64,000 bases of DNA from IMG/VR virus record IMGVR_UViG_3300028588_000016, positions 96,001-160,000 of that record. One strand, written 5' to 3'. Shown here one piece after another: positions 40,186 to 48,301 of the stretch. The notes under the pieces were generated by a model. It saw only the letters and a program-made list of their open reading frames with translations, searched no databases and had not been told where the DNA came from. The translations under genes were made by a program, and so were the position numbers. Origin of the DNA: a virus. Every line of letters starts with the position of its first letter. The stretch's first letter is position 1.

Positions 40186-40374
40186 TTATCTTTGCCAAGC
40201 ACTAAACTTTCTAAGTCTATCAGCTTCGCTTTTAAATTCTTCTGTAGTTCCATTAAAGAACGGATTACGAGATTTAACGTAAAACCAGTTGTCGTATGTT
40301 TCCCATTCTTTCATGTTAACCACATACTCTTGACCAAGTACGTTAAATTTTATTATTTCTTGTTCCATCTTCAT
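40186..40374 (-). CDS. hypothetical protein
   Basis: Small ORF ending 3 nt before tRNA-Asn. Confidence 0.5.
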   Translation of the reverse strand: MKMEQEIIKFNVLGQEYVVNMKEWETYDNWFYVKSRNPFFNGTTEEFKSEADRLRKFSAWQR

Positions 40375-40552
40375 TACGATGTTTAAGTTCTTCTAACAAC
40401 TCTTTAGGAGCGTTATGTTCAGTACAGTAACCACGTTTATTACTAGAACGCATTTTACTTTCTAATTGACACTTAGTGTCAGCAATATAAATGTAAACAT
40501 TATTAACGATGTATTTACATTTAGCCCAATTGGGTTTTGTTAAGTCGATCAT
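40343..40552 (-). CDS. hypothetical protein
   Basis: 69 aa, downstream of a promoter box. Confidence 0.55.
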   Translation of the reverse strand: MIDLTKPNWAKCKYIVNNVYIYIADTKCQLESKMRSSNKRGYCTEHNAPKELLEELKHRNEDGTRNNKI

Positions 40553-40562
40553 TTCAATAGTA

Positions 40563-40570
40563 CAAATGTA
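40563..40570 (-). promoter_or_regulatory. Bacteroidota -7 box TACATTTG
   Basis: Context TTATTCGTACATTTGTA nearly identical to the box at 42140. Confidence 0.6.
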
Positions 40571-40581
40571 CGAATAATAAT

Positions 40582-40818
40582 CTAATTGTTAGTCACTGAA
40601 CTGTCATTACCAGAAGTTCCGTAAATAATATTTGTAAATGTAGTATCATTAAGAAACATCTTATGTAGTTCTTCTAACTCGTTTAGGATTTTTAAAGCAT
40701 TAGCTTCTCCACCACAAGCAGCAGTTACTTCATCTATCTGTACCAGACTTCTAGGTCTTTTGCCGTTATTTCTGTCCATGGATTCCATATGCGTTCGTCT
40801 AAAGGTTCTCGTTTCCAT
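40582..40818 (-). CDS. hypothetical protein
   Basis: 78-aa ORF. Confidence 0.45.
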   Translation of the reverse strand: METRTFRRTHMESMDRNNGKRPRSLVQIDEVTAACGGEANALKILNELEELHKMFLNDTTFTNIIYGTSGNDSSVTNN

Positions 40819-40949
40819 GCTTTATACAATGGATTATTTATGTAGTCTAAAGTCTCTTTCGTAAGAGGATCAGCTGACATAGCTTTAACAAGTGAATCCC
40901 ATTCAGTCTGGAGTTCACCTGTAGCTTGTACGCTTATTAATTGTACCAT
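40734..40949 (-). CDS. hypothetical protein
   Basis: 71-aa ORF overlapping neighbours. Confidence 0.45.
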   Translation of the reverse strand: MVQLISVQATGELQTEWDSLVKAMSADPLTKETLDYINNPLYKAWKREPLDERIWNPWTEITAKDLEVWYR

Positions 40950-41257
40950 TCTGTAGCGGTTAACATATCCAATGTAGCATTACCGGTAGAATATCCCATT
41001 ATTTGATCACTGATCTCTTTATCAATTCTTTTAATCTCGTCAGCATAATGCTGTGCTAATTCTTCTTTATGTTGCTCTTGACTTAAAGTAGGCTTTTGTG
41101 CTTCGAACTTCTCTTGTAATTCAATTACGAAGTTAACAGGAATAACTACTTCTCCACTTTCCATGTGTTGAACGAAGTCTTCGTATGTAGAGTAAAACTG
41201 ACCGTAGTTCAACTGTAACTGTGCGTGTAAGTAATTCTTAAAGGTTTTGTATTTCAT
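40937..41257 (-). CDS. hypothetical protein (106 aa)
   Basis: Start reassigned to ATG 41257, 3 nt after tRNA-His. Confidence 0.6.
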   Translation of the reverse strand: MKYKTFKNYLHAQLQLNYGQFYSTYEDFVQHMESGEVVIPVNFVIELQEKFEAQKPTLSQEQHKEELAQHYADEIKRIDKEISDQIMGYSTGNATLDMLTATEWYN

Positions 41258-41260
41258 ATG

Positions 41261-41333
41261 GGTGTAATAAGGGGATCGAACCCTTGTGCGACGAACCACA
41301 ACCGTCTGCTTTACCTACTAAGCTAAGAACACC
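41261..41333 (-). tRNA. tRNA-His(GUG)
   Basis: G-1/C73 pair; loop TT-GTG-GT. Confidence 0.85.
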
Positions 41334-41344
41334 ATTTATAATTG

Positions 41345-41417
41345 TCAGGAAGGCAAGGCTCGAACTTGCGGCCAAATCGTCCCAAACGATTCAATCTACC
41401 AACTGATATACTTCCTG
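41345..41417 (-). tRNA. tRNA-Pro(UGG)
   Basis: Cloverleaf; loop TT-TGG-GA. Confidence 0.9.
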
Positions 41418-41433
41418 ATTGTTTATTGTAAGA

Positions 41434-41464
41434 CAAAGATAGTCAAATAATCTTAGATTGCAAA
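41434..41464 (-). promoter_or_regulatory. complete Bacteroidota promoter of tRNA operon (TTTG-N19-TATCTTTG)
   Basis: -33 TTTG at 41461-41464 and -7 TATCTTTG at 41434-41441, 16 nt upstream of tRNA-Pro. Confidence 0.75.
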
Positions 41465-41483
41465 CTTACTAAGATTATTTGAC
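41442..41483. repeat. perfect 15-bp inverted repeat overlapping tRNA promoter
   Basis: GTCAAATAATCTTAG-N12-CTAAGATTATTTGAC. Confidence 0.9.
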
Positions 41484-41494
41484 ACTTATGATAT

Positions 41495-42079
41495 TTATAT
41501 GATATAAATGTGAACCAGTGGTGATAGAGTTTTCACCAAGTGGCTAAGCTCTCCTTGAGTGGGAGAATGTGTGAGGTTTAAATGTATTTCTCCTATTACA
41601 GTTTTATATTGTAACTTGTATACGAGTAAATGGTCTATGCCTAATTCGGTCATAAATTGAGTATCTGTTCCTTCAATCGTGTTATCAATTAGTAAATAAT
41701 TCTTCGTGAGAAAAGCTTCATTAATAGTTGCTTGATCTTCTAAGTAAGATCCTTGTAAGGAAGTGGTTGATTTTACAATATCGTCATTAGTTAAAATAAC
41801 TTTCTTGTAATAAGATCTTTCTTTTGGTTGATAGATGTATACACTAAAACTTTTAATTAAGGTATCCGTTTTCTGTATTTGCTGTAAAGCAACTTCCAAT
41901 CCCTTCAAGTCTCTGCATTCTCTAAATTCTACTCTTGAAAAACTCACGTCTTTCACGGCTACACTGATAGTATCTTTATACATATTACCTACTATAAGTA
42001 AGAATATGAGAGTTACTATGAAATAAAACCTTGCTCCTGCAAGATCTTTGAGAGCCTTAACTAATTCAGGCCAATTCAT
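41495..42079 (-). CDS. single-TM protein with soluble C-domain, possibly T4 T-like holin
   Basis: One N-terminal TM helix, then about 155 aa alpha/beta domain. Confidence 0.35.
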   Translation of the reverse strand: MNWPELVKALKDLAGARFYFIVTLIFLLIVGNMYKDTISVAVKDVSFSRVEFRECRDLKGLEVALQQIQKTDTLIKSFSVYIYQPKERSYYKKVILTNDDIVKSTTSLQGSYLEDQATINEAFLTKNYLLIDNTIEGTDTQFMTELGIDHLLVYKLQYKTVIGEIHLNLTHSPTQGELSHLVKTLSPLVHIYII

Positions 42080-42139
42080 TTAACTGTTCAATTTTAATAG
42101 ATGTTATATAATTTAAAAGCTATTAATCCATATTATTCG

Positions 42140-42162
42140 TATATTTGTATGATGCAAATATA
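42140..42162. promoter_or_regulatory. face-to-face pair of TATATTTG boxes
   Basis: Plus box 42140-42147 and minus box 42155-42162 between divergent genes. Confidence 0.65.
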
Positions 42163-42185
42163 CAAAATAAATCACAATATATGAC

Positions 42186-43895
42186 ATGTCAGAAAGACAA
42201 ATAATTAAAGCGCAACAGGGAGGATCCTTACGAGACTTTATAGGTCGGTATAAGTTTCAACGTCCTACTGCACAAGCATCTTCTACTGCTGTAGCTCCCA
42301 AAGTATCGTTGACTAAAAAGCAAGCAGAAGAAAATAGAGATAAAGTTGCGTACAATAATTACGTTGCACAACAGAAAGAAAGAGATAGAGTGCAAGCACT
42401 AAAGCAGAAAGGTCAAACAGACGGAGGTAATTTAGCAAGCGATATAGGTACTAGTTTACTTAAACAAGTAACTGAATTTAGATTTGCTAACGATCAAGAC
42501 TTTGAAAAAGGTAGAGGGAGTTGGAAAGGTAGACAAGAACTTTTAGTAGACGGAGCAATTAATGGTATGGCTAATGAAATGACAGGTGGTGCTATGAATT
42601 ACGTAGGTAGTAAAATAGCATCGGGAGCAGCTAAGCAAGTAATAGGTAAAACTGTAGACTTAGCAAAGAAGGCTGTAAATAATGCTCACGTATTAAACCC
42701 TAATGCTTTCAAACCTAATCCTAATAGTTACTATAGAATTGTAGGAACTGATGCTACCGAAGACGCTCTTGCTAATGGAGTAATTAGAAGTAAAGCAGGT
42801 GCAGGAGTCGTATCTGAAAAAGTAGGAGGTATTAATTTAGGTAGTAGACCTACAGCTTACCCTTCATTTAGTAAAGGTAAAGTTAGTACTGAATATGCCA
42901 AAGGTTTACCAGAACATTCTTTAATAGAAACCCAAAGACCTATGGCAGCTAGTACAGTAGGAAGGCACGGTAAAGGTACTACTCAATTTCCTGTAGATGA
43001 AGCTGGTAACTATATGAAAGAGTTTCCTTTAAGTGAAGCTAAGATTATGCAACCACATTGGTGGAAAGGTTATAAAGAAGTACCTCAAATAGCTGCTATG
43101 GCAGACGAAGTTGTTGCTCCTAAGATAGGTATGGGTGAGAGGATAAAGAATTCTTTATACGATAACGTAGTTTATCCTGTTAAACATGCTAGAAGTATTT
43201 ACGGACTCAAAGGTAAGATTAATAGTCGTATAGCCGAAATGAATACTCCAGAAGGTATAGCTAGACTTGAAGCACAACATATTAACAGTAAAGAGTTCTT
43301 TGATAAACCAGTTAAAGTAACCAGTAAACCTACTGAGAAAGGTTCATCTTATAATTTTGATAACGATACAATTAATATAGACTTCGATCAAATGAACAGA
43401 TTTAAAACAACTGAGCCTACTCTTAATTTAAGCGCAACAATAGATCATGAACTAGCACACAGAACTCAAGGATTCGGTAAGACTAATTCAGTAACGAATT
43501 ACGTAAAAGGTGAATATGGTAAAGAGGCTCCTACAGAAGTTCAACGTATACTAACTCCATTGGATCTAAATTCACGTAGGATGTTACGTCACGATATTAA
43601 AACCAGTAGAGGTCATGATAATGCTGATTACTTTTATAGCAATAAACCAGAACCTATGCCTCACTTAGCAGAGTCTAGAAGGAACATGATAGATCAGAAA
43701 ATCTTAAACAATAGATATGATGAGATTACAGTAGATAAGTTGTATGAATATCAAAAAGCTAATCCTACAGATCGTATAGGTAGTTTTATGACTAAAGACT
43801 TTTCTAACTATGATGTTTTACAAAGTTTAATGAATAAGCTTCCGGCTGTTGCACCTATAGTAGGAGCTGCAGTTATTGCAAATAAAAACAAATAA
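42186..43895 (+). CDS. putative virion-internal multidomain protein with HExxH motif
   Basis: KAQQGG at N-terminus; IDHELAH zincin-like motif; hydrophobic C-tail. Confidence 0.55.
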   Translation: MSERQIIKAQQGGSLRDFIGRYKFQRPTAQASSTAVAPKVSLTKKQAEENRDKVAYNNYVAQQKERDRVQALKQKGQTDGGNLASDIGTSLLKQVTEFRFANDQDFEKGRGSWKGRQELLVDGAINGMANEMTGGAMNYVGSKIASGAAKQVIGKTVDLAKKAVNNAHVLNPNAFKPNPNSYYRIVGTDATEDALANGVIRSKAGAGVVSEKVGGINLGSRPTAYPSFSKGKVSTEYAKGLPEHSLIETQRPMAASTVGRHGKGTTQFPVDEAGNYMKEFPLSEAKIMQPHWWKGYKEVPQIAAMADEVVAPKIGMGERIKNSLYDNVVYPVKHARSIYGLKGKINSRIAEMNTPEGIARLEAQHINSKEFFDKPVKVTSKPTEKGSSYNFDNDTINIDFDQMNRFKTTEPTLNLSATIDHELAHRTQGFGKTNSVTNYVKGEYGKEAPTEVQRILTPLDLNSRRMLRHDIKTSRGHDNADYFYSNKPEPMPHLAESRRNMIDQKILNNRYDEITVDKLYEYQKANPTDRIGSFMTKDFSNYDVLQSLMNKLPAVAPIVGAAVIANKNK

Positions 43896-43896
43896 G

Positions 43897-43937
43897 AAAA
43901 GCCCAGCTACTTGATTGTAGACTGGGCTTTAATTTTT
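43897..43937. terminator. bidirectional terminator between convergent genes
   Basis: AAAGCCCAG-CTAC...GTAG-A-CTGGGCTTT with A and T flanks. Confidence 0.75.
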
Positions 43938-44599
43938 TAATCGTCTTCTTTCTTTCCTATGATATGAATAAACTTTTGTTTGTTTACTTTCATTAATGGA
44001 TTACTATTTATAACTTCTGCTTTAACAACAGTCGTTTTTTCCTTTTGTTGGAACCAACGTTTTAAGAAGAAGTCGTATCTTCTAGGTATAAAGGTCTTTA
44101 TAGTAGAATCACTGAATAATAGATATTGTGTATTATAAAATTCTATATCAGATGATATACGATAAGGTGATAAAGTGATAACGTTCTTAATATCCTTGTT
44201 AGATAAATCAACTACTGTATCAGGTAGCTTAGTTTGTATTTCTTTAGTAAGTTGTGTAGTAACAGCAGTAGTAACGTAACTAGCTTGTCTTAACTTACGA
44301 ATGTCATAGTTCTGTTCTTTTATAATCTTAATCAATTCAAGAGTTTGAGAATCAGCTTCTAATTTAAAATCAGTTAAGTTCTGATTAAACATTATAGTCT
44401 TAGCGTGTTCCTGTCCGTAACGATCTTCCCATTTCTTCATTTCTGTTTTAGCAGCAACCTCGTTATTTTTAGTAATGGCGTAAGCTATCTTTGTATTAGC
44501 AAGTTCGGTTCTTGTAATCCATAACATTGCTAGTAATGCACCTATGATAATTATAACGTAAGTCCATGAACTCTTTAATAAACTAGCAATCAAATTCAT
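43937..44599 (-). CDS. putative inner-membrane spanin (Rz-like)
   Basis: N-terminal TM helix followed by coiled coil; 220 aa. Confidence 0.45.
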   Translation of the reverse strand: MNLIASLLKSSWTYVIIIIGALLAMLWITRTELANTKIAYAITKNNEVAAKTEMKKWEDRYGQEHAKTIMFNQNLTDFKLEADSQTLELIKIIKEQNYDIRKLRQASYVTTAVTTQLTKEIQTKLPDTVVDLSNKDIKNVITLSPYRISSDIEFYNTQYLLFSDSTIKTFIPRRYDFFLKRWFQQKEKTTVVKAEVINSNPLMKVNKQKFIHIIGKKEDD

Positions 44600-44744
44600 C
44601 TAACCAAGCGTTATCAATTACCATCCTACCATCTGCTTTAAATGTAAACGAACCTACCTTTGTGGGATAAGGAATCGTAGCTGTAACCTTACTCTTATTG
44701 TAATTAGGTGCACGCTTTGTTTTTGTTTTACTCTCCTTCTTCAT
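44583..44744 (-). CDS. small basic protein (53 aa, below ORF-track cutoff)
   Basis: MKKESKTKTKRAPNY...; overlaps both neighbours. Confidence 0.4.
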   Translation of the reverse strand: MKKESKTKTKRAPNYNKSKVTATIPYPTKVGSFTFKADGRMVIDNAWLDEFDC

Positions 44745-45240
44745 TATTTACTTTGTTAATATTAATTCCATATACCCCATTAGCTACTACAAACATTACC
44801 TCACTCTTAACTAACTTGTTAATCATAGGTTGTATATTTTTAGCAGCTGTCTTTATTGCCTTTGCCCATTTACTAATAAAATACTTAGTAATAGGAAAGC
44901 TTCTAGGTTCCTTTACGGTTTCAAGTAAATGCTCAATTAAAGCATCCTCTTTACCTTTCTGTTTTGCTCTTACCGAGACTTCATCCTCCACCCAATGTTT
45001 ATACTTCTCTCTAATGTATTCTATTTGATACCTAACATAATCATCAATATAAAACCATTCGAGTCTGTAATGATAATCTTTTAATTCCCTATGTATCTCT
45101 TTCTCTAACTTCTCATCTCCCTCAATAACATATAAAAGATGGAAGTCTGGGTTATGTGTAGCATACTGTTTCATACGATTAGTAATGTTACTTGTATAAC
45201 CTACTTTTAAATAGTTATTGCTTTCTATGAAGTATATCAT
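44728..45240 (-). CDS. GIY-YIG superfamily (T5orf172-like) nuclease-domain protein
   Basis: IYFI...LKVGYT.N...R...E..IH..L...EWF. Confidence 0.7.
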   Translation of the reverse strand: MIYFIESNNYLKVGYTSNITNRMKQYATHNPDFHLLYVIEGDEKLEKEIHRELKDYHYRLEWFYIDDYVRYQIEYIREKYKHWVEDEVSVRAKQKGKEDALIEHLLETVKEPRSFPITKYFISKWAKAIKTAAKNIQPMINKLVKSEVMFVVANGVYGININKVNNEEGE

Positions 45241-45518
45241 TATTGATTAATTTTATCTTTAAATACTTCCAAGGCATACCGCATTAAGTCAAACGGTATT
45301 CTAGATAAAAATCTTTGCCTACGTGCTTCACAGTTATCGCAACCATCTATTTTAATTTTATCAAATGTAGATACTGTAATATTATCATTGAAGCCGTTCC
45401 AACCTATATAATAACGCTTGTCTTTATAAATTACGGTGTGAGTCTGATAAGGATGCTCACTTGTAGATCTGGAACTATTTATTTCTACTAGTTCTATATC
45501 ATTCTTCGAAGCTTCCAT
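45240..45518 (-). CDS. hypothetical protein
   Basis: 92 aa; GCDNCEARR motif. Confidence 0.55.
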   Translation of the reverse strand: MEASKNDIELVEINSSRSTSEHPYQTHTVIYKDKRYYIGWNGFNDNITVSTFDKIKIDGCDNCEARRQRFLSRIPFDLMRYALEVFKDKINQ

Positions 45519-45656
45519 ATTCTACTTTAGTATTAGGATTCTCATTTAGTATTGGTTTATTATCTTCAATCTTTAGCCAGCCTTGTGATATAAAGAATTC
45601 ATAGATAGACTTTTGTTTTTCAAAGTAGTCTATATCTTCTTGTGTTAAAGCAAACA

Positions 45657-46109
45657 TTATTTTTCTAAGTCTTTATTAAGTGCTACTATTAACTCAATAG
45701 GCACACTCTCTAGTACCATTCTATACTGTGGATCTATAAACGTAAATGAATTATTATGTTCATTATGTCTTACAACAATAGCTCTATTGTGATCTGGCCA
45801 ACATACATAGTAATAACATTTAACAAACTCATCATCTTGGAATTCAGTTAACTTTCTGTATTCTATTTTACGATCAAATAACTTATCAGATATACTTTCT
45901 ATAGGTTCTGGAAATGAATCCTCTTCCACTTCTCTAAATAGATCGGCAATAGTATTAGGCTTTTCTAAACGTCTAGATTGTCTCTCTCTTAATTCTCTAT
46001 GCATATCTGCTATTCCTTTACCTATATCTGTTTGTTCTTGAAGTGGGTTCTTAATAAACTGTATACCCTGCTTGATATAATGATCCTTTTGGGATTCTGT
46101 GAAGTTCAT
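45657..46109 (-). CDS. hypothetical protein
   Basis: 150-aa ORF. Confidence 0.55.
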   Translation of the reverse strand: MNFTESQKDHYIKQGIQFIKNPLQEQTDIGKGIADMHRELRERQSRRLEKPNTIADLFREVEEDSFPEPIESISDKLFDRKIEYRKLTEFQDDEFVKCYYYVCWPDHNRAIVVRHNEHNNSFTFIDPQYRMVLESVPIELIVALNKDLEK

Positions 46110-46242
46110 TCTTTAATTGTTGTTTAAGTGACGGTGTCATTAGTATATGATTATCTGTTTCTATTTCTGATTCCATGAAAGCGATACCTTTATTGTATGC
46201 AGCTAACTCTTCTTCTATTTGCTTTTTACTTTTTCGTGGCAT
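46051..46242 (-). CDS. hypothetical protein
   Basis: 63-aa ORF. Confidence 0.5.
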   Translation of the reverse strand: MPRKSKKQIEEELAAYNKGIAFMESEIETDNHILMTPSLKQQLKNELHRIPKGSLYQAGYTVY

Positions 46243-46544
46243 GTTTTATCTCCTTCAAATAAAGCGAGAGGTCTTCTGTGTACTAGTTCCTCTAATAATA
46301 TAACAGGTATCTTAGATGTACGTTTATAATATAATACAGTATTAGTATCAAAATCATAATCTTGTATAAAGAATATATACTCTCCACGCATATCGTGATT
46401 AAACATAGCATATCTGCTATGACCATATGTAGTTGTATTCTCATACACTGTATAGACAGGAGCGTAGAATTCTATTCGATCTCCTGTAGGTTTAAAGAAT
46501 TCGTTAGTCTGTACATGGCATATTCCGTTGTTTGCTATTTTCAT
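46215..46544 (-). CDS. hypothetical protein
   Basis: 109-aa ORF. Confidence 0.55.
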   Translation of the reverse strand: MKIANNGICHVQTNEFFKPTGDRIEFYAPVYTVYENTTTYGHSRYAMFNHDMRGEYIFFIQDYDFDTNTVLYYKRTSKIPVILLEELVHRRPLALFEGDKTCHEKVKSK

Positions 46545-46810
46545 TAGTACTTATCTATATTAGCTAAACAAGTATCTAGATCTTCTGTAATTTGTTTCAA
46601 TAGTTCATGAGGAATTTCAAATAAAGAACATGGTGTCATATGTAAATGTAGAGAATTGGTGATTGTGTAGAATATAGTAACCATTCCTCTTTCATTTCTA
46701 TATGTACTATAAGTTATTCCCTTGTGTTCATCTTGTCCTATGTGTGCCATCCTTACGAACTTACCATATTCGTTTTGTCCGCTTCCTTGATTTAATAGTT
46801 TGAATTTCAT
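46544..46810 (-). CDS. hypothetical protein, first gene of leftward unit
   Basis: 88 aa downstream of promoter box. Confidence 0.55.
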   Translation of the reverse strand: MKFKLLNQGSGQNEYGKFVRMAHIGQDEHKGITYSTYRNERGMVTIFYTITNSLHLHMTPCSLFEIPHELLKQITEDLDTCLANIDKY

Positions 46811-46843
46811 TTATCGTTTGTCTTATTAGTTCATTTAATAATA

Positions 46844-46851
46844 CAAAGATA
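46844..46851 (-). promoter_or_regulatory. Bacteroidota -7 box TATCTTTG
   Basis: Exact match at start of leftward gene block. Confidence 0.6.
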
Positions 46852-46900
46852 CTAATTAAATGTTAAAGGAAAGTCATAGATAGGTTAAAGTCGAAAATAG

Positions 46901-46929
46901 CCCCTACCCCTTTCTGAAACCCACCCCCC
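46901..46929 (-). other. G-quadruplex-like motif at strand switch
   Basis: Minus strand G6-T-G3-N9-G4-TA-G4. Confidence 0.5.
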
Positions 46930-47020
46930 GGCCTTTTCTATATGGGTTTCCCTAATATAAAATAGTTGGCTGTGTGTTGAGCGTGAAGGTTATATCATTT
47001 CATACCCCCGCCTTTTTCTA
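46924..47020 (+). repeat. imperfect direct repeat CCCCC(C)G(G)CCTTTT(T)CTA
   Basis: Copies at 46924-46940 and 47005-47020. Confidence 0.7.
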
Positions 47021-47045
47021 GTGTAAAACATAAAATAAATTCATT

Positions 47046-47648
47046 ATGAAAAACTTTCAAGAATTATTAGCCGCTGGAACTATCAGCGAAGAATCTGCAG
47101 CTACTCTAGGAGCAGGCATCAAGATTAACAAAAATGCTAAACTTAAAGACTTCAATGCCGTTAACACTGGTAATGTGACTTCTACTTTCAAAGTTGGCGA
47201 CACTTTCAAAATTGTTGGCATTGGTATTGCTGACGGTAAAGTTGCTGGCGCGACTCGTACTAACATGCCAGTGTTTGAGATTGAAGACTTAGCAGGTGCT
47301 AAACGTACCGTATTTGCTTCAAGCCTTATCCGTTCTACTCCTACGTCTAACAACGAGGCTAACGGAAACGTATACGACGGCGATGATGCTCCTACCTCAG
47401 AGAAAGGTACAGCTTTATTGCAATTCGATCGTGGTATTTTGCAAGATGCCGTTGGCGCATTCCCTGCATTGGTTGACAAATTAATGGAGGCCGGCGAATA
47501 TATCCGTATTGAGGATATCATCCGTTATACTTCTAACATTAAATTGCAATCGGATCAACCTAACGGTAAAGCAGGAGACACGGTGCAAGCGCGCAATGTT
47601 GCTTATCGCTTAGTTGGTCTTAAAGACAAGGCAGAGGCAAAAGCATAA
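47046..47648 (+). CDS. hypothetical protein, first rightward gene, monocistronic
   Basis: 200 aa, visibly more GC-rich codons than neighbours, followed by strong terminator. Confidence 0.75.
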   Translation: MKNFQELLAAGTISEESAATLGAGIKINKNAKLKDFNAVNTGNVTSTFKVGDTFKIVGIGIADGKVAGATRTNMPVFEIEDLAGAKRTVFASSLIRSTPTSNNEANGNVYDGDDAPTSEKGTALLQFDRGILQDAVGAFPALVDKLMEAGEYIRIEDIIRYTSNIKLQSDQPNGKAGDTVQARNVAYRLVGLKDKAEAKA

Positions 47649-47652
47649 ACAT

Positions 47653-47685
47653 AAATAAGGGGCACTAACGTGTCCCTTATTTTTT
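47653..47685 (+). terminator. intrinsic terminator
   Basis: AAATAAGGGGCAC-TAAC-GTGTCCCTTATTT plus T run. Confidence 0.85.
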
Positions 47686-48301
47686 GTGTTTTAAGCGTAG
47701 CTTTCAGCTATCAGCTCACGTAACACATTCAAGATTGCGTAGCTTAAGAAATTAAATACTTTAATTAGTATTAAACAAATACCAACATCTCATTGGAGAT
47801 TTAAACAACTTACACTGTCGCTCTGTGGGGTGTTGTTATTTGTTATCCTTCGGGAAATGGCTCAAAGTGCAGCCATTGTAAGTACATGCTCACTTTATAT
47901 GAGAATGTATAAGTTAGTGTATTAGTATATTATTGTATTAAGTATATAATAAAGTATTAATAAGAATAAAAAATACACTTAATTAGTTAGAGTAAGAAAT
48001 TCCTAGCTGATTAAATGAAAATAAATTTAGAGTTTGTATGATAATGTAGAAGAGTTGGAAAGTTTTTAATGTGTTATGTGATAACAAGGCTGCGCCTACA
48101 ACACAACCCAACAATCTCACCAAATCTCACCACTTTCTCAAAACCCAACATACAACTCACTCATATAGACCAATTCGACAAATCTTCTCACAATTTTCAA
48201 GATTTCTCATATTTGGTATATAAGATCATCCACAACGCAATAAGTAATAGTAGCAATATTCTACTATCAAAACATATAAAAACCCATTAAACCCTACAAC
48301 A

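Noticed and set aside
47057-47521. 154-aa minus-strand ORF
   Set aside because: Antisense to the 200-aa gene that has leader, codon bias and terminator support.
48069-48290. 73-aa ORF in the AT/CA-rich gap
   Set aside because: Low-complexity translation of a compositionally skewed non-coding tract.
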